62,768 bases of DNA, filler included, from Globobulimina sp. (GCA_003354225.1; 22 parts of 22 records of this genome joined end to end with filler, not necessarily neighbours in it); one strand, 5' to 3'. Positions 22,873-34,644 are shown, counted from the first letter of the whole stretch. A program made the numbers and translations. Notes: generated from the letters alone by a model not told the origin.

Positions 22873-24482
22873 AATTGCGAAGCAAAATTTTCATCCCGCC
22901 AAAAAATTGTCCATTTAATCAAAGCGTGGCTGTCCAGTAAAATCAGAGTCGACGAATTCAATAACAAAGAACAAGCGTTTGTTATAACCGCCTGGATCAA
23001 TGTATTTTGGAAGATCGAAGATAACGACGAATCTAAATTCAACGTACTTCATTCACCAACCATCGCGCGACACAAATCTGGCCCCAAATTGTTGTTTCGC
23101 TTTCGAAAGTTTGCGGACACTGTCGAAGTACCACCGGCCTCGCCCGGCTGTGCACCACTAACACCGCTAAAAATAAAAACAAGTGAAAACCATACACGTA
23201 TCGCCAATGCAAAGACCATCTGTTACACCAACAATTTGGGCCATAAAATCATTAAAATATTAGATTTGCGGGAATCTTCATTATCATATTTTTTACCAAT
23301 TGATGCCACAAAGATTTTCTTTGAAACGTCGCTGCAATTCATACACCACAATGACCCGCCATGTCTGTATTACAACCAAAAGACAAAATTATTGCATACG
23401 CAGTATCATATAAAGGCAAAGTTGTTTGAACATTTAGAACTTCACGATTTTCCATTTGATAGGTTTGCTTTGTTTTCGTTTTTCTTTTCTTTGGTTTTTC
23501 CGATGTTGTATATGTATATTAAACATATATCGCCAGACAATTTTTGAATATTAAACTGCGATGGAATACCATGTATTATCATTTACTAAATTGGTCCAAT
23601 GAGAGCGAGAGAATGCTGCCAATAGTCCGTCGATGGTGGGATGACGATAAGAATACGATATTGAGTGAGAAACGGAAAACTTTATATCATACACATCCAT
23701 TAACCATACATTTGTCAGAGGCACTGCGATCGGAGATATTTTTGTTAGAGCCATGGATTGATTTCCGCTGTAAACAAATTGAAAAAAACAAATGTAATGA
23801 AAATGATATTGATTTGGCAAGATTTGCATTGATACGATTAAGAATCAAACGAAACCCAACCAATTTTGTGTTGAATGTGTTAGTGCCGTTTTTTATTATT
23901 GTTTCGAGCTGTTTTAGTGTGTTCGCAATGGAATGGACAGATATTGGAGAACGATTAAGTGTGTCCATAATTATATTATTGACATTTACTGCGTTTCGGG
24001 ATATGGTGAATGAGGAATTGCCCAAAACCTCGGAAACTGAGTTAATTGATAAATATATATTGATGGCGTACTGTATTCAGGGATTGGTAATCTTTGCAGT
24101 TACGATGATCCCAACCTTTATTGCAGAGTCTGTGGATCCATATACATTGGACATGATCCATAAAACATGTCCCATTATTCCAGCTTCGATATGGGTCATT
24201 TTTTCATTATATTATATTTCAAAAATAAGACATATTAAATTATATAATCATGGTGATGGCTCACAAAATGAATATGATTTTATATTATGGCAAAAAAGAG
24301 CTAAACAAGAGATGGAAAGTTGGATGCACACAGATACAGTGACTACAAGTTTTTATAATTTAGACGGTGTTGAGGAACATCGTCAGAATAACAATGACGA
24401 GTTGTCAAAAAAACAAACCCCGAGAACATCAATCTATCAAAATAATGTTGGATATGGAGCTACGGGATGGATGTCATTTTGA
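22873..24482 (+). CDS. Pentameric ligand-gated ion channel subunit (Pro-loop, no Cys-loop cysteines); 5'-partial
   Basis: LHDFPFDRQ across intron 23463-23536; RIKRNP.NFVLNVLVP (M1), ERLSVSIIILLT (M2), LPKTS....IDKY (M2-M3). Confidence 0.9.
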
Positions 24483-24597
24483 TCTATCTTTTCAATCATA
24501 TTATAATAATCATTTATTTAATAATTTTAATTGCTTTTTTTCAATGGTGTTGCATCATTAACTACTCAGCAAAAACTTCCTATTTTAAAAAGTGATC

Positions 24598-25628
24598 ATG
24601 AGCAACACAAAAAACTGGGGCAGCAGAACACACACAAAAAAATGGGGCCACGCAAACAAATGGAACAACAAAAAGAAAACACAACATGTTCCAACAATGA
24701 AAAGCTTAAAACAGAAACCAAAACCAAAAAGAACTAAATCAATAATCCCATCATCAAATCGAATTATACAAAACCAAAATGAATTCATTAAATTCCAAGG
24801 TTCTGCACTATTCCGTTGGAGACTGTTATTGGCCGCATTGACTCATAAATCAATCTGTATCGATAACATTCGCAGTTATGCGGAAAATCCAGGATTACAA
24901 GATTATGAATTATCGTTTCTCAAAATGTTGGACAAATTAACCAATGGCTCCTTAATTGAAATCAATGAATCCGGCACCAAAATACGTTACAAACCGGGAT
25001 CATTGATTGGTGCCTCATCCATTTTATATTTTGACTGTTGCACTTCGCGAAGTATTGTGTATTGGATACAGCCATTATTAATTTTATTATTATTCTCCAA
25101 AGAAAAGCAAAGTTCAGTCACCTTTTATGGAGCAACCTACAATGCGTTGGATGTATCCATTGATGTGATCCGCAGTGTATTGATTCCAATGTTAAATCGA
25201 CAATTTGGTGCCAATGAAATTAAAATAGATTTAAAAAGACGTGCGTTATCACCGAGTGGTGGAGGCGAAGTAAGGTTAACTGTGCCAAATTTAAAAAATT
25301 TGAAAACTATAAACATGACCGACGTAGGAATGATTAAAAAAATCCGTGGTTTATGCTATACCATCGCGATGGCGCCGACTATTGCAAATCGAGTACGTAC
25401 CGCATGCAATGAGGTTATGTACCACTACATCGCCGATGTTTGGATATTTAACCACAATACGTCTCGGAGTGAGTTAGTTAAAAATTATAAGAATACAGAG
25501 ATGAACAAAGAGGATATCTCGGCGGGATATGGTTTGACAGTAATTGCTGAATCAACAAATGGTGTCTTATTATCTGTTCACAAATTGAATGCAAAGATAA
25601 ATGGAAATGAAGAACAGAAAATAAATGC
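24598..25628 (+). CDS. RCL1: RNA 3'-terminal phosphate cyclase-like protein, 3'-partial
   Basis: FQGSALFRWRLLLA.L..K.I.I.NIR....PGLQDYELSFL..LDKLTNGS.IEINESGT..RYKPG; GYGL..IAEST.G. Confidence 0.95.
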
Positions 25629-25728
25629 NNNNNNNNNNNNNNNNNNNNNNNNNNNNNNNNNNNNNNNNNNNNTTAATTAATTAANNNNNNNNNNNNNNNN
25701 NNNNNNNNNNNNNNNNNNNNNNNNNNNN

Positions 25729-27024
25729 ATAACGACCTGCACAAACGATTTTACGATTTTTCATGATATATACGGTAAACCTTCCGATTGCGGTATTAGA
25801 GATGATTTTACTACTAACAAATCCTATCCCCAAGAAAAACTTTATTACACCGATTCAAAAGGTGAAGAAATACAAATAACCGAGTGTCAGGATTCCGAAG
25901 TTTCATACAACCATTTTTCAACGGAAATGACCTGTACCCCGGATGTTGATTTTGCCAATGATAAAGTAACACCTTTCAAAAGAACAGCTTATTATCTTCC
26001 AAATGGAGAAATAGAGTATGCCAGCGAATGTAGGGCGGCAGATGATGGCAGCTATCCAATTCTGGAAGATTTTTGTACTCCAAAATATGAGCATAATTTT
26101 ACAACAGGCCAAAGTTATTACAGAACAAGAGATTATTATATAAAAGATGCGACACCTATATATCTAAGCGAATGTTTACTCTCAACCGCCACGTCTTTCG
26201 CTCATGTCTATAATAGCACCAGTTGTGGCGTGGTTAATGACGATACAAAATTACAATCCACACAAAATACTTCAACGAGAATCGAAACCCCGGATGGTAT
26301 TGTTGTAATAAGCCCCTGCGAAGACAAAGGTATTACAGTACCATATGTCTATAGAGGTTTTGAAAATCGGGAAAAAGTGCTTACAAGCTCAAGCTCCTGG
26401 ACGGTGCCAACGGGTGTTTCAAGCGTCACGGTGTTTGCTGTTGCCGGTGGAAATTATGGGGGTAATGGGTCTGAGACTAGCAGCGGAGGGGATGGTGGTG
26501 GAAGAAATGGAGGGAAAGGCGATCCATATATCCATAATTCTGGCTATGTTTATCATGGTGCGGGTGGTGGCGGTGGTGCGGGTGAACAAACCACAAAAAC
26601 CGTGTCTGTTACCTCTGGACAAAACATAAGTATAACAATTGGTAATTCGAATCAAAATACTTCCTTTGGAAACCTCGTCGTTGCAAGGTATGACTTTGGC
26701 GAAGAATTGGGGTTTGCGGTTGGTGGGGATGCTAGAAGCTTAATATTTGGAGGACATGGAGGCCGCGGCTATGGTGATGTGCAACTTGCGGCAAGTACCG
26801 CTTGTGTACGACCAAATTCAGGTAATTTTACAGGGGCATGTACTCCCGGTATAGGGGGGAAAGGGTACGGTGCCGGTGGCGGTGGTGGAATGGGGGGGTA
26901 TTCTGGTGGACACACGGGTTACTATCCTACGGCTGGGGGCAAAGGTGCTTCCGGCTATATGAAAATTAACTGGGTAGCTCAAAAATACCGTCGTGCCGAT
27001 GGTACGATTTATATTCAGGATTAA
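25729..27024 (+). CDS. Bacterial Cys-repeat protein with a C-terminal glycine-rich domain (putative adhesin); 5'-partial
   Basis: Open frame from the contig start; ~48-aa repeats C....DF....S......YY....G.....EC; then SWTVPTGVSSVTVFAVAGG...GGGGG.G...VTSGQ.I.ITIG...GGKGASG..KI.W. Confidence 0.85.
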   Translation: MTTCTNDFTIFHDIYGKPSDCGIRDDFTTNKSYPQEKLYYTDSKGEEIQITECQDSEVSYNHFSTEMTCTPDVDFANDKVTPFKRTAYYLPNGEIEYASECRAADDGSYPILEDFCTPKYEHNFTTGQSYYRTRDYYIKDATPIYLSECLLSTATSFAHVYNSTSCGVVNDDTKLQSTQNTSTRIETPDGIVVISPCEDKGITVPYVYRGFENREKVLTSSSSWTVPTGVSSVTVFAVAGGNYGGNGSETSSGGDGGGRNGGKGDPYIHNSGYVYHGAGGGGGAGEQTTKTVSVTSGQNISITIGNSNQNTSFGNLVVARYDFGEELGFAVGGDARSLIFGGHGGRGYGDVQLAASTACVRPNSGNFTGACTPGIGGKGYGAGGGGGMGGYSGGHTGYYPTAGGKGASGYMKINWVAQKYRRADGTIYIQD

Positions 27025-27030
27025 TTGATT

Positions 27031-27927
27031 ATGAGCGCTCTATTAAAACAGCATATAAAGCCCCTTGAAAAGTATTTTAAAATCAAAGGGATTGTTGAAA
27101 TTTGTATCAATGAACCGGGTAAGATTTGGATAGAAACCCTGGACGGTTGGCAAGAAAAAACAGACAAAGAACTGACCTTGCAAAAGCTTAATCATTTTGC
27201 GTCTGTTCTTGCCACGGCCAAAGGCCAAAAATTTGATGAATATACCCCGTTTTTGGCTACTGCCCTGCCTGAGTACGGTTATCGTATTCAGGTGGTAGGC
27301 GGGGGGCTTGCGGATTCCGGTATATCTATTTCTATTCGGATTGCTCAAGGCCAACGGTTTAAGCTGGACGATTATATGTCTAAAGAGGATGCCAAAGAAT
27401 TAAAAAAAGCCATCAAAGCCGGTAAAACGGTTTTGGTGGCCGGTGGTACGAGTTCAGGGAAGACCACGTTTTTAAATTCAGGTATTAGGTATATCCCTAA
27501 AGATACCCGCCTTGTTGTGATTGAAGACACAAAAGAGTTAATTGTAGATCAACCTAATGCGGTCCGGTGGCTGAAAAGCAAGACCGGGACGGACGTTTCT
27601 CAAATCACATATATGGATATTATAAACTCAGCTATGAGGTTACGGCCTGATCGTATCCTCATGGGTGAGCTTGATATTCAAAACACGGTCCCTTTTTTAC
27701 GGCTTTTAAACGCCGGCCATGGGGGCAGTATGGCAACGGTCCATGCAGATGGGACAAAGGAAGCCATAGACGCAATAGTTTTAAATTCTCAGTTGTCCGG
27801 ACTGCAAGGTGGCCCGGAACTGATCACACAATATGCAAAAAAAGCCCTTGATATCGTTGTTTTCATTAAAAGAGAAAACAGACGGAAATTTAAAGCGGTT
27901 GCCGAATACATAAAGGATGTCGCATGA
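27031..27927 (+). CDS. virB11: Type IV secretion ATPase VirB11
   Basis: EICINEPG.IWIE, Walker A GGTSSGKTT, IEDT.EL, MRLRPDRILMGEL, His box GHGGSMATVHA; no introns. Confidence 0.96.
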   Translation: MSALLKQHIKPLEKYFKIKGIVEICINEPGKIWIETLDGWQEKTDKELTLQKLNHFASVLATAKGQKFDEYTPFLATALPEYGYRIQVVGGGLADSGISISIRIAQGQRFKLDDYMSKEDAKELKKAIKAGKTVLVAGGTSSGKTTFLNSGIRYIPKDTRLVVIEDTKELIVDQPNAVRWLKSKTGTDVSQITYMDIINSAMRLRPDRILMGELDIQNTVPFLRLLNAGHGGSMATVHADGTKEAIDAIVLNSQLSGLQGGPELITQYAKKALDIVVFIKRENRRKFKAVAEYIKDVA

Positions 27928-28486
27928 AAAAAGTAATTTGTCATTTAATGGATCTTTCCACGATCCTTGTTTTTTACCTGATTTTTTGGGCCTGTGTTGT
28001 GTTCTTTGCGAAATTATCATTATCTTTAGATAATTTGTATATAAACGCCCCTTTTTTGGCCTTAAAAAAATTAAGTTTTCCATACCCTAATTGGTTTCAA
28101 TATTCTTTTTTGGGTGCTTTGGGTGTAGCAGTATTTGTGCCGGTCTTAAACCCTTTCAGAACAAAAAGCGGTGAATATGGAAGCGCTCACTTTGCCGATG
28201 AAAAAGAAATAAAAAAGATGGGCTTAAGAGACGATCAAGGGATAATTCTTGCTGTTAAAGGCAGAAAGTATATCAGAACCAACAAACCGTTATCTGTTAA
28301 CGTATATGCGCCTCCTAGTACGGGTAAAACCGCCGCTATTATAATACCCACTTTGATATCTTGTTCCAATTCAATGATTGTGCATGATCCAAAAGGGGAA
28401 TTGTACGCTAAAACGCATAAACGGCGGTCTGAATTTTCAAGGGTAATAAAATTTTCCCCTGGTGAAAAAGGATCTTTTAAATGGAA
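27924..28486 (+). CDS. virD4: Type IV coupling protein VirD4/TraG, 3'-partial
   Basis: Two N-terminal TMs, YGSAHFA, Walker A APPSTGKT, IVHDPKGELY; ATGA overlap with virB11. Confidence 0.93.
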
Positions 28487-28588
28487 NNNNNNNNNNNNNN
28501 NNNNNNNNNNNNNNNNNNNNNNNNNNNNNNTTAATTAATTAANNNNNNNNNNNNNNNNNNNNNNNNNNNNNNNNNNNNNNNNNNNNCT

Positions 28589-28807
28589 CCAACGACCACA
28601 TCAATTCCTGTTGGTATCATTGCAAATGAAGCCGTGAACACTCCCTTCATTCCCACCTTCACCCCGAGTTCAACGCCTGTAACAGAATCAGCTACCGGGC
28701 AACCTTCTCCGAGTATTGTTATAACCCCGGGGAGTGATTTATCAGAAGGACACCCTCCTCTCGATTTTGAAGGGCAGCCCTGTGAAGATTGCCATTCTAT
28801 CCGTTAG
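28589..28807 (+). CDS. C-terminal fragment of a c-type cytochrome-like protein (P/T-rich linker, terminal CxxCH)
   Basis: Frame reads PTTTSIP...PTFTPSSTPV...IVITPGSDLSEGHPPLDFEGQPCEDCHSIR*. Not in the supplied ORF track. Confidence 0.6.
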   Translation, partial: PTTTSIPVGIIANEAVNTPFIPTFTPSSTPVTESATGQPSPSIVITPGSDLSEGHPPLDFEGQPCEDCHSIR

Positions 28808-28808
28808 A

Positions 28809-29362
28809 TGTAAAATCATGTGCAATCGGTAAATTTCGGAAAATAATTTAGAGGTTGTGAATGTTTTCAAATTGCCTCAAAGATGGATTCCGCGCCTCCT
28901 GCAGTCCTGCGCCTCTAACTTACACAAATATTGTTTAACTTTGCCTTTTCTCCGCCCCTTTTGGTCACGTGATCAAGCTAAGAACTAACACATTTGATAT
29001 ACTATTGATTGATTGCTTTTCTGTTTTGTTTTGAATAATTGTTTTAGGCCCAAAAAGGGCTAGTTTGTGCTTAGGACAGGACAAGAGAAGGTTGAATAAA
29101 AAGGAAAAGAATTAATTTATTGGTTTTGTGAGAAATAAGTCAGAATATTGTCCTCAAGTGTTTACAAGAAACACCGTGAAATCCAACGATTATTCACCAG
29201 TATTGTTGTGCCATTTCTTCACAAGGATCAAGTCAATTTTGTACTGTTTTATTGGTCAATTCCTGGACTTTGGAAATCCTGAGTGTCCAGAAGTTACAAA
29301 CTTTCTGTATTTGTATCTGTATGGCTGAATAGGAAGAAAAGTGCCGTACATTTTGGAGGTTC
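28809..29362 (+). mobile_element. Candidate 5' LTR (28809-29350) and primer-binding site (29354-29362)
   Basis: TGTA...TACA ends, internal AATAAA (29095), then TTT-TGGAGGTTC, matching the first 9 nt of a tRNA-Gln-type PBS; a long intronless ORF follows. Confidence 0.45.
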
Positions 29363-29489
29363 AAACCAGTGCTTTACATCATCTTTTTGTTGCCAAGGGT
29401 GTCAACCAACTCAAAAGGGGGAGGAAGACATAACAAAACACAGAAACTCCTGGTTGTGGATAGTTGAATTGTACAAAATCGAAAGAGGT

Positions 29490-31344
29490 ATGGATGCTAG
29501 AAAAGAAAAAGGCCCAATGGATGGATTGGATGGAAATGGAAACAATGGTGAGCAGTCTTTTGATTCTGGATTCTCAGATCCTGAGCAAATAACCAACTTA
29601 CACCAAACTATGGCTAAAACTTTGGAACAAATTCATAGATTAGAAGAGGAGAATTGTGTTCTCAAGGAAATGGTGCAAAATCATCAAGTTGAAGGTTTGC
29701 AGAGGGGAGGAGATGAGCCAATCAGACAAATTGAAGCCTTACGGCTTACTCAGAAAAGACAACAAAATACTCATCAGGAACCAACCAATCTTGAAGTCCC
29801 AAGTCAATCTAGCATAGCCATAAAGAGACCTCGTGGTTTGGTACCAGGGGATGCCCTGCCGAGGATGGAATCAACCGAACAAAGCAACAGAGGAAGGGAG
29901 CGAACAGACAGTTTTGCCTTGGACAAAAGGACTGTAGAGCATGAACACGGATCGACTGGAGACAAGCTTAGTGTCCTAAGAAGTGCTGAAGAAAGAAGTG
30001 ATGATGGTACAAATGCAAGAATGCGAGCACAAATGAACAAAATGCTTCAAATAATGCAAACTCAAAAACAATGTATTCAACAACTTGAACTAACACAAAG
30101 TATTCAACCAAAAAGGCCAAGAAGTGCCCCTGATCAGCAACAAACCCTGGTTCAAAAGAAGACATCTCAGAACCGGAAACTCCTGGTCAAGGACAGTTGT
30201 TTGTACGAAACCAAATTAGAGGTACGGGTATTAGAAAGGAAAACGATTATGGACAGAAAGAATCAAAACGGAGAAAAGAAAAACGAGTCTTACGACTCCG
30301 ACAGAAACGATCCTCAAGAAAATGACGGAAACGAGAATGAACAACCAAATGGAAACGGAAACGAATTGGAAAACCCAAACGAGTCTTACGACTCTGAAAG
30401 AAATGCCCAAGATGAAAACGAATTAGAACAACAATTACTCAACGCCGAAGAGGTGACGGAAATGAATCAATATATCGCCTCATGTGAAGCTGAAAAGAAC
30501 AGCCAAACCGAAACGCCGAACGGAAACGCGTCAAATCAACAGCTAGATACGGCCGAAAAGAAAAGCTGTACAGAAACACCGAACGAATCAAATCGACCAG
30601 AAACCCCTCAAGTAAGTGGTTCTGAAGCTCAAGAAGCCAAAGGTAAGGAAAAATTGAGTGTCGCCGAAATGATTCAAAAGTTGGATGAATTTGGACAACG
30701 AGTTCGAGCAATCAATTCAGATCTCAGTCAAACCATCAGTCAACCTCAACAAACTTGTAGTATTGAAGACATGACGGATATTGACCCAAGAGATTTAAGT
30801 CCCCAACAAAATCGACAACTCAGATGTGAAGTGGAAATGTTGCGTAGAGATGAAGCCTTACGGCTGCAAAATGAAGAACGACTCTCCGTGCTACGTAAAC
30901 GAAAAGCCGAAGGGAAAAGCACAACCAGTTCGACTGAAGATGAACCAAGTGCAGGCAGCGTCAGACCTAGACGATTATTCACTGAACCTGACGAATCAGA
31001 ACAATCTACATCTACTCCAGACGAACACGTGTCGCCCAATGGAGAATCGTTGGAACAACCCCCAGAGGAACCAATCGAAGATGATGAATTTCCGCCGGAA
31101 CTTCGGTCAACAGTTGAACTAATCGATGACACCTGGGACGATGACGTAAGTGATCAATCACGGATTTTTAAACAGGTCAGAGAACCGGATGAAGTACAGT
31201 CACCAGATTATCGAAATGTTCCCGAAACGACCAGTCCAGTCTCTTCGCCTGATTATCATCAACCAGCAGCATTCGGACTAGGGGTACGAACCCCCCTTCG
31301 ACGACTTATGTCTCGATTCATTCCCCAGCCCCCAGATGTGTTGA
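29490..31344 (+). CDS. Long intronless coiled-coil/low-complexity ORF, possibly the N-terminal part of a Gag-like ORF; 3'-partial
   Basis: More than 600 open codons, GC higher than host contigs, internal repeat NESYDS(D/E)RN, located after the candidate LTR/PBS. No capsid motif is visible. Confidence 0.5.
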
Positions 31345-31444
31345 NNNNNNNNNNNNNNNNNNNNNNNNNNNNNNNNNNNNNNNNNNNNTTAATTAATTAA
31401 NNNNNNNNNNNNNNNNNNNNNNNNNNNNNNNNNNNNNNNNNNNN

Positions 31445-31601
31445 GTTTGAATATTTTTTTGGGTTCGAAGAAGCGTAAGGAGCGAACGGTGTCTGTTTGT
31501 TTGGTCCATTTCATTAATTGAGACACGTTTTGGGGTTTTGCCAGGTTTTCTAGCTTATATTGGTCCCATATTGACAAATCGCGGTCTTCTGGTTGTGACA
31601 T
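31445..31601 (-). CDS. N-terminal fragment of a hypothetical protein
   Basis: ATG-initiated frame open to the contig edge, divergent from the kinase. Confidence 0.4.
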
Positions 31602-31674
31602 TGTTATACTGAAGTTTGGGTTTTTTCGAATTATTTTTTTTTGCAGTTTTGTTTAACTTTAACATTCGTTTGCC

Positions 31675-33222
31675 ATGTCATCTTTGACAAATACCGCTAT
31701 AAATGGTTATGCAACAGCATCAGAATCGACTATTCGCGATCGGAGCAATATTTCATTGAGAAATATCAAACACAAAATTCATGATGCAACAAACAGAAGA
31801 CTTGCTACCAACAACTCCAAAAAAGCAACTGCTGGTTGGTGTTGCCTAAAAGTTGCAAGATCTCCGGAAATATCGCACAATCCATGTAAAGCATCGACGA
31901 AATTCGCGTTTCCCAAAACAACCGAGCATACAAACATTACTCTGAAATTACATCAAAAACAACATGAGTTATCTCCGCCACATTCGACAAACATATTATT
32001 ATCTCCTACTACCCCAAAATCAGTATGTTATTATTATTTTTTGTTAATGTTATTTTCACTTATTTGACATATACAGCTTACCCGCAAAAAAACAGATGTA
32101 TTATCGTCTCGCGGCTACATTAAGAAACACAAAATTGCGGCAACTCTTCAGGGCGAAGTATTTGTTGCTGCGTCAATTAGAAATTCATTACTAATTTCAG
32201 GCTTTATTAGAAATATTACGCGAGATATAAACGGAGTATATCAAGTTATTTGTAATATTTGCGGCGTATATTTCAATCAAGAAACAGATGACAAACTAGT
32301 TATAAAAACAGCAGATAAGTTATTACATGGACAAAGTATTGCAATTTTGGAGAATGGCACCCGTTTAAAAGTGAAAGAAAACATCATTAAAGAAGCAAGA
32401 CTTATGTCCTTGTTTATGTCCCACAATCCACCTCAAACATTAATAAAATACTATGATTTTTTCGAAGATGGGGAATATTATTATTTGGTTATGGAGAAAG
32501 GTGGACAGTGTTTGTTTGATTTTACTGTGAAATGTCATAAATTAATCAAGGCACAAAAGCTTTCAGTACAAGAATGGAGAAAAAGTGTCAGATTTATATT
32601 AGCCCAAATGGCGGGATTTATTGGTTGGATGCATAATGTTATGAACTGTTGCAATTTGGATATTTCATTAGAAAATGTAGTGTTGGACGAAAATGCGCAT
32701 TTTGATGAAATAAGTGGAACATTGAAGAATTTAGATATAAAATTTATTGATTTTGGTCTGACTGAATTATTTAAAAAGAATTTCCGTTGTGATAAATTTG
32801 TGGGGAAAACGGGTTATAAATCGCCGCAAGTTTATAAAAAAGAAACGTTTCTGGCGAATAAAGCGGATGTTTGGTCATTGGGAGTTTGTCTTTTTATGAT
32901 GAGTGTGGGTTCACCACCATATAGGAGACCACTTGTAAGTGAAAGTGACAAAACATTTGAATTTGTAAAATCAGGTAAAATTATTGAATTGTTGCAGAAT
33001 TGGAATAGTTTGCATTACGTCGGAAAGAAACAATGTGATTTAATGATGAAAATGTTATGTTTTAATGAAAGAGATAGATTATCAATTTTTGAAGTTATGA
33101 ATCATATTTGGATGAAACCATATTTTAAATGTATACCACGGCCAGCAGCAACACCATTGATTGAATCAAATACATTTGAATGCAGAAATAATAATTATTG
33201 TGTTATTGATAATAATTATTAA
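31675..33222 (+). CDS. Ser/Thr protein kinase (CAMK-like) with an N-lobe insertion
   Basis: One intron 32023-32076; IAATLQGEVF, LVIK, ENIIKE, YYLVME, NLDISLEN, IDFG, FVGKTGYKSP, KADVWSLG. Confidence 0.93.
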
Positions 33223-33684
33223 ATCGATATTAACTTTCTTACAATTTAATTTATTTTTTTTTAAATTATTTTTGAAAGTGTGTTGAAGTGAAACTATATA
33301 GTTTACATATCATGTGTGACAAATAAACATTTATCGTTGCATTGTCACTTACAGGTTGGGGATAGGATCCTATTCATATCCTATCCTATACAATGATAAA
33401 AATTAATATTTATTGATTGCTTGGTATGTTTGAATTCATTTGAATTAAAATTAAATTTCATGTACGCTTGGCTATTATTTTAGTCAACGATGATATCGGT
33501 TCACGTTTGTTGATTTCTTAGAGTTTTGAAGAAGAGAAATATTCGGTATACAGGGGGTGTTTCTATTTGAATATATCGCTTAGTGGAATCAGCTGAGTTG
33601 AGTTTTATCATACCACAGTAACCACATTATCTTTAAATACAATAACGCTTACATTAATTACATACGAATACATACTCGCGAATA

Positions 33685-34202
33685 ATGTCAAAGAAAAGGC
33701 CACTTGATATTTCCGAAAATGTATCTACAAAGAGGCAAAAATTGAATGAGTCAAAAGACGGAAAAAATCTAAACAGAATAATGGGTTTAGAGGAAAATGA
33801 AAACAAGAATGATAATAAAGCAATACAACGTAACGTAGAGCCTATAATATTAAATGTTGGCGGAATTAAGTATTCCATATCAATGGACACATTATTATCT
33901 TATTCGAATAGTGTTTTATGCAAAATGTTCGAAGGCAAATTTTCGATAAAACCGTCAAAAGACGGCTCATATTTTATTGATAGGTATGGCGAACATTTCA
34001 AATACATTTTACATTATTTACAAAATAAAAAACTTAATCTCCCGCAAGATAACATTAATTATTTAATACATCATTTATTACTGGACGCTAAATATTATCA
34101 TTTGCAGTCATTAGAACTTTCCTTATATTCGTTACTTGTTTGCAAATTAAGCTCAAACATATTATCGGAAAAAGATATGAAACTTGTTTGTGAATGTTTA
34201 GA
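33685..34202 (+). CDS. KCTD-type BTB/POZ domain protein, 3'-partial
   Basis: IILNVGGIKY.....TL....S.L..MF.G.......DGSYFIDR....F..IL.YL...A.YY.L..L. Confidence 0.93.
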
Positions 34203-34644
34203 NNNNNNNNNNNNNNNNNNNNNNNNNNNNNNNNNNNNNNNNNNNNTTAATTAATTAANNNNNNNNNNNNNNNNNNNNNNNNNNNNNNNNNNNNNNNNNN
34301 NNATGAGGTTGGGTTTGCTGGTTTAGGTTTAGGTTTAGGTTTAGATTTATGTTCTGGTTCGGGTTTAGGTTTCATTTGATTTGAATGGCGTTGTGAGCTG
34401 GTTTCAGTTAATTCTGTGTTTATGGCAGCGATGAGTTGGTCGACTAACTGAAGTGAATGAGACATTCAAAAAACGTGAACTTAAAGTTTTGAAGATTTGA
34501 CGTTGGGAAAAACGATCGAAAAACAGCGGGAAAATTATATAATACTTGGTTATGACAAAGGCCATATTTGAAACCATTGTCATGCTTCACGTTTGTTGGA
34601 AACGCAAGGGAAATATTCAAAAACGATCAATATATTAAAAAACG

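Noticed and set aside
24598-28486. T4SS genes beside eukaryotic RCL1 as horizontal transfer
   Set aside because: A spacer separates them; the T4SS contig is entirely bacterial in organisation.
32650-32680. Kinase catalytic loop NLDISLEN as a pseudokinase
   Set aside because: Catalytic Asp and Asn, DFG and the VIK Lys are all present; only the HxD His differs.
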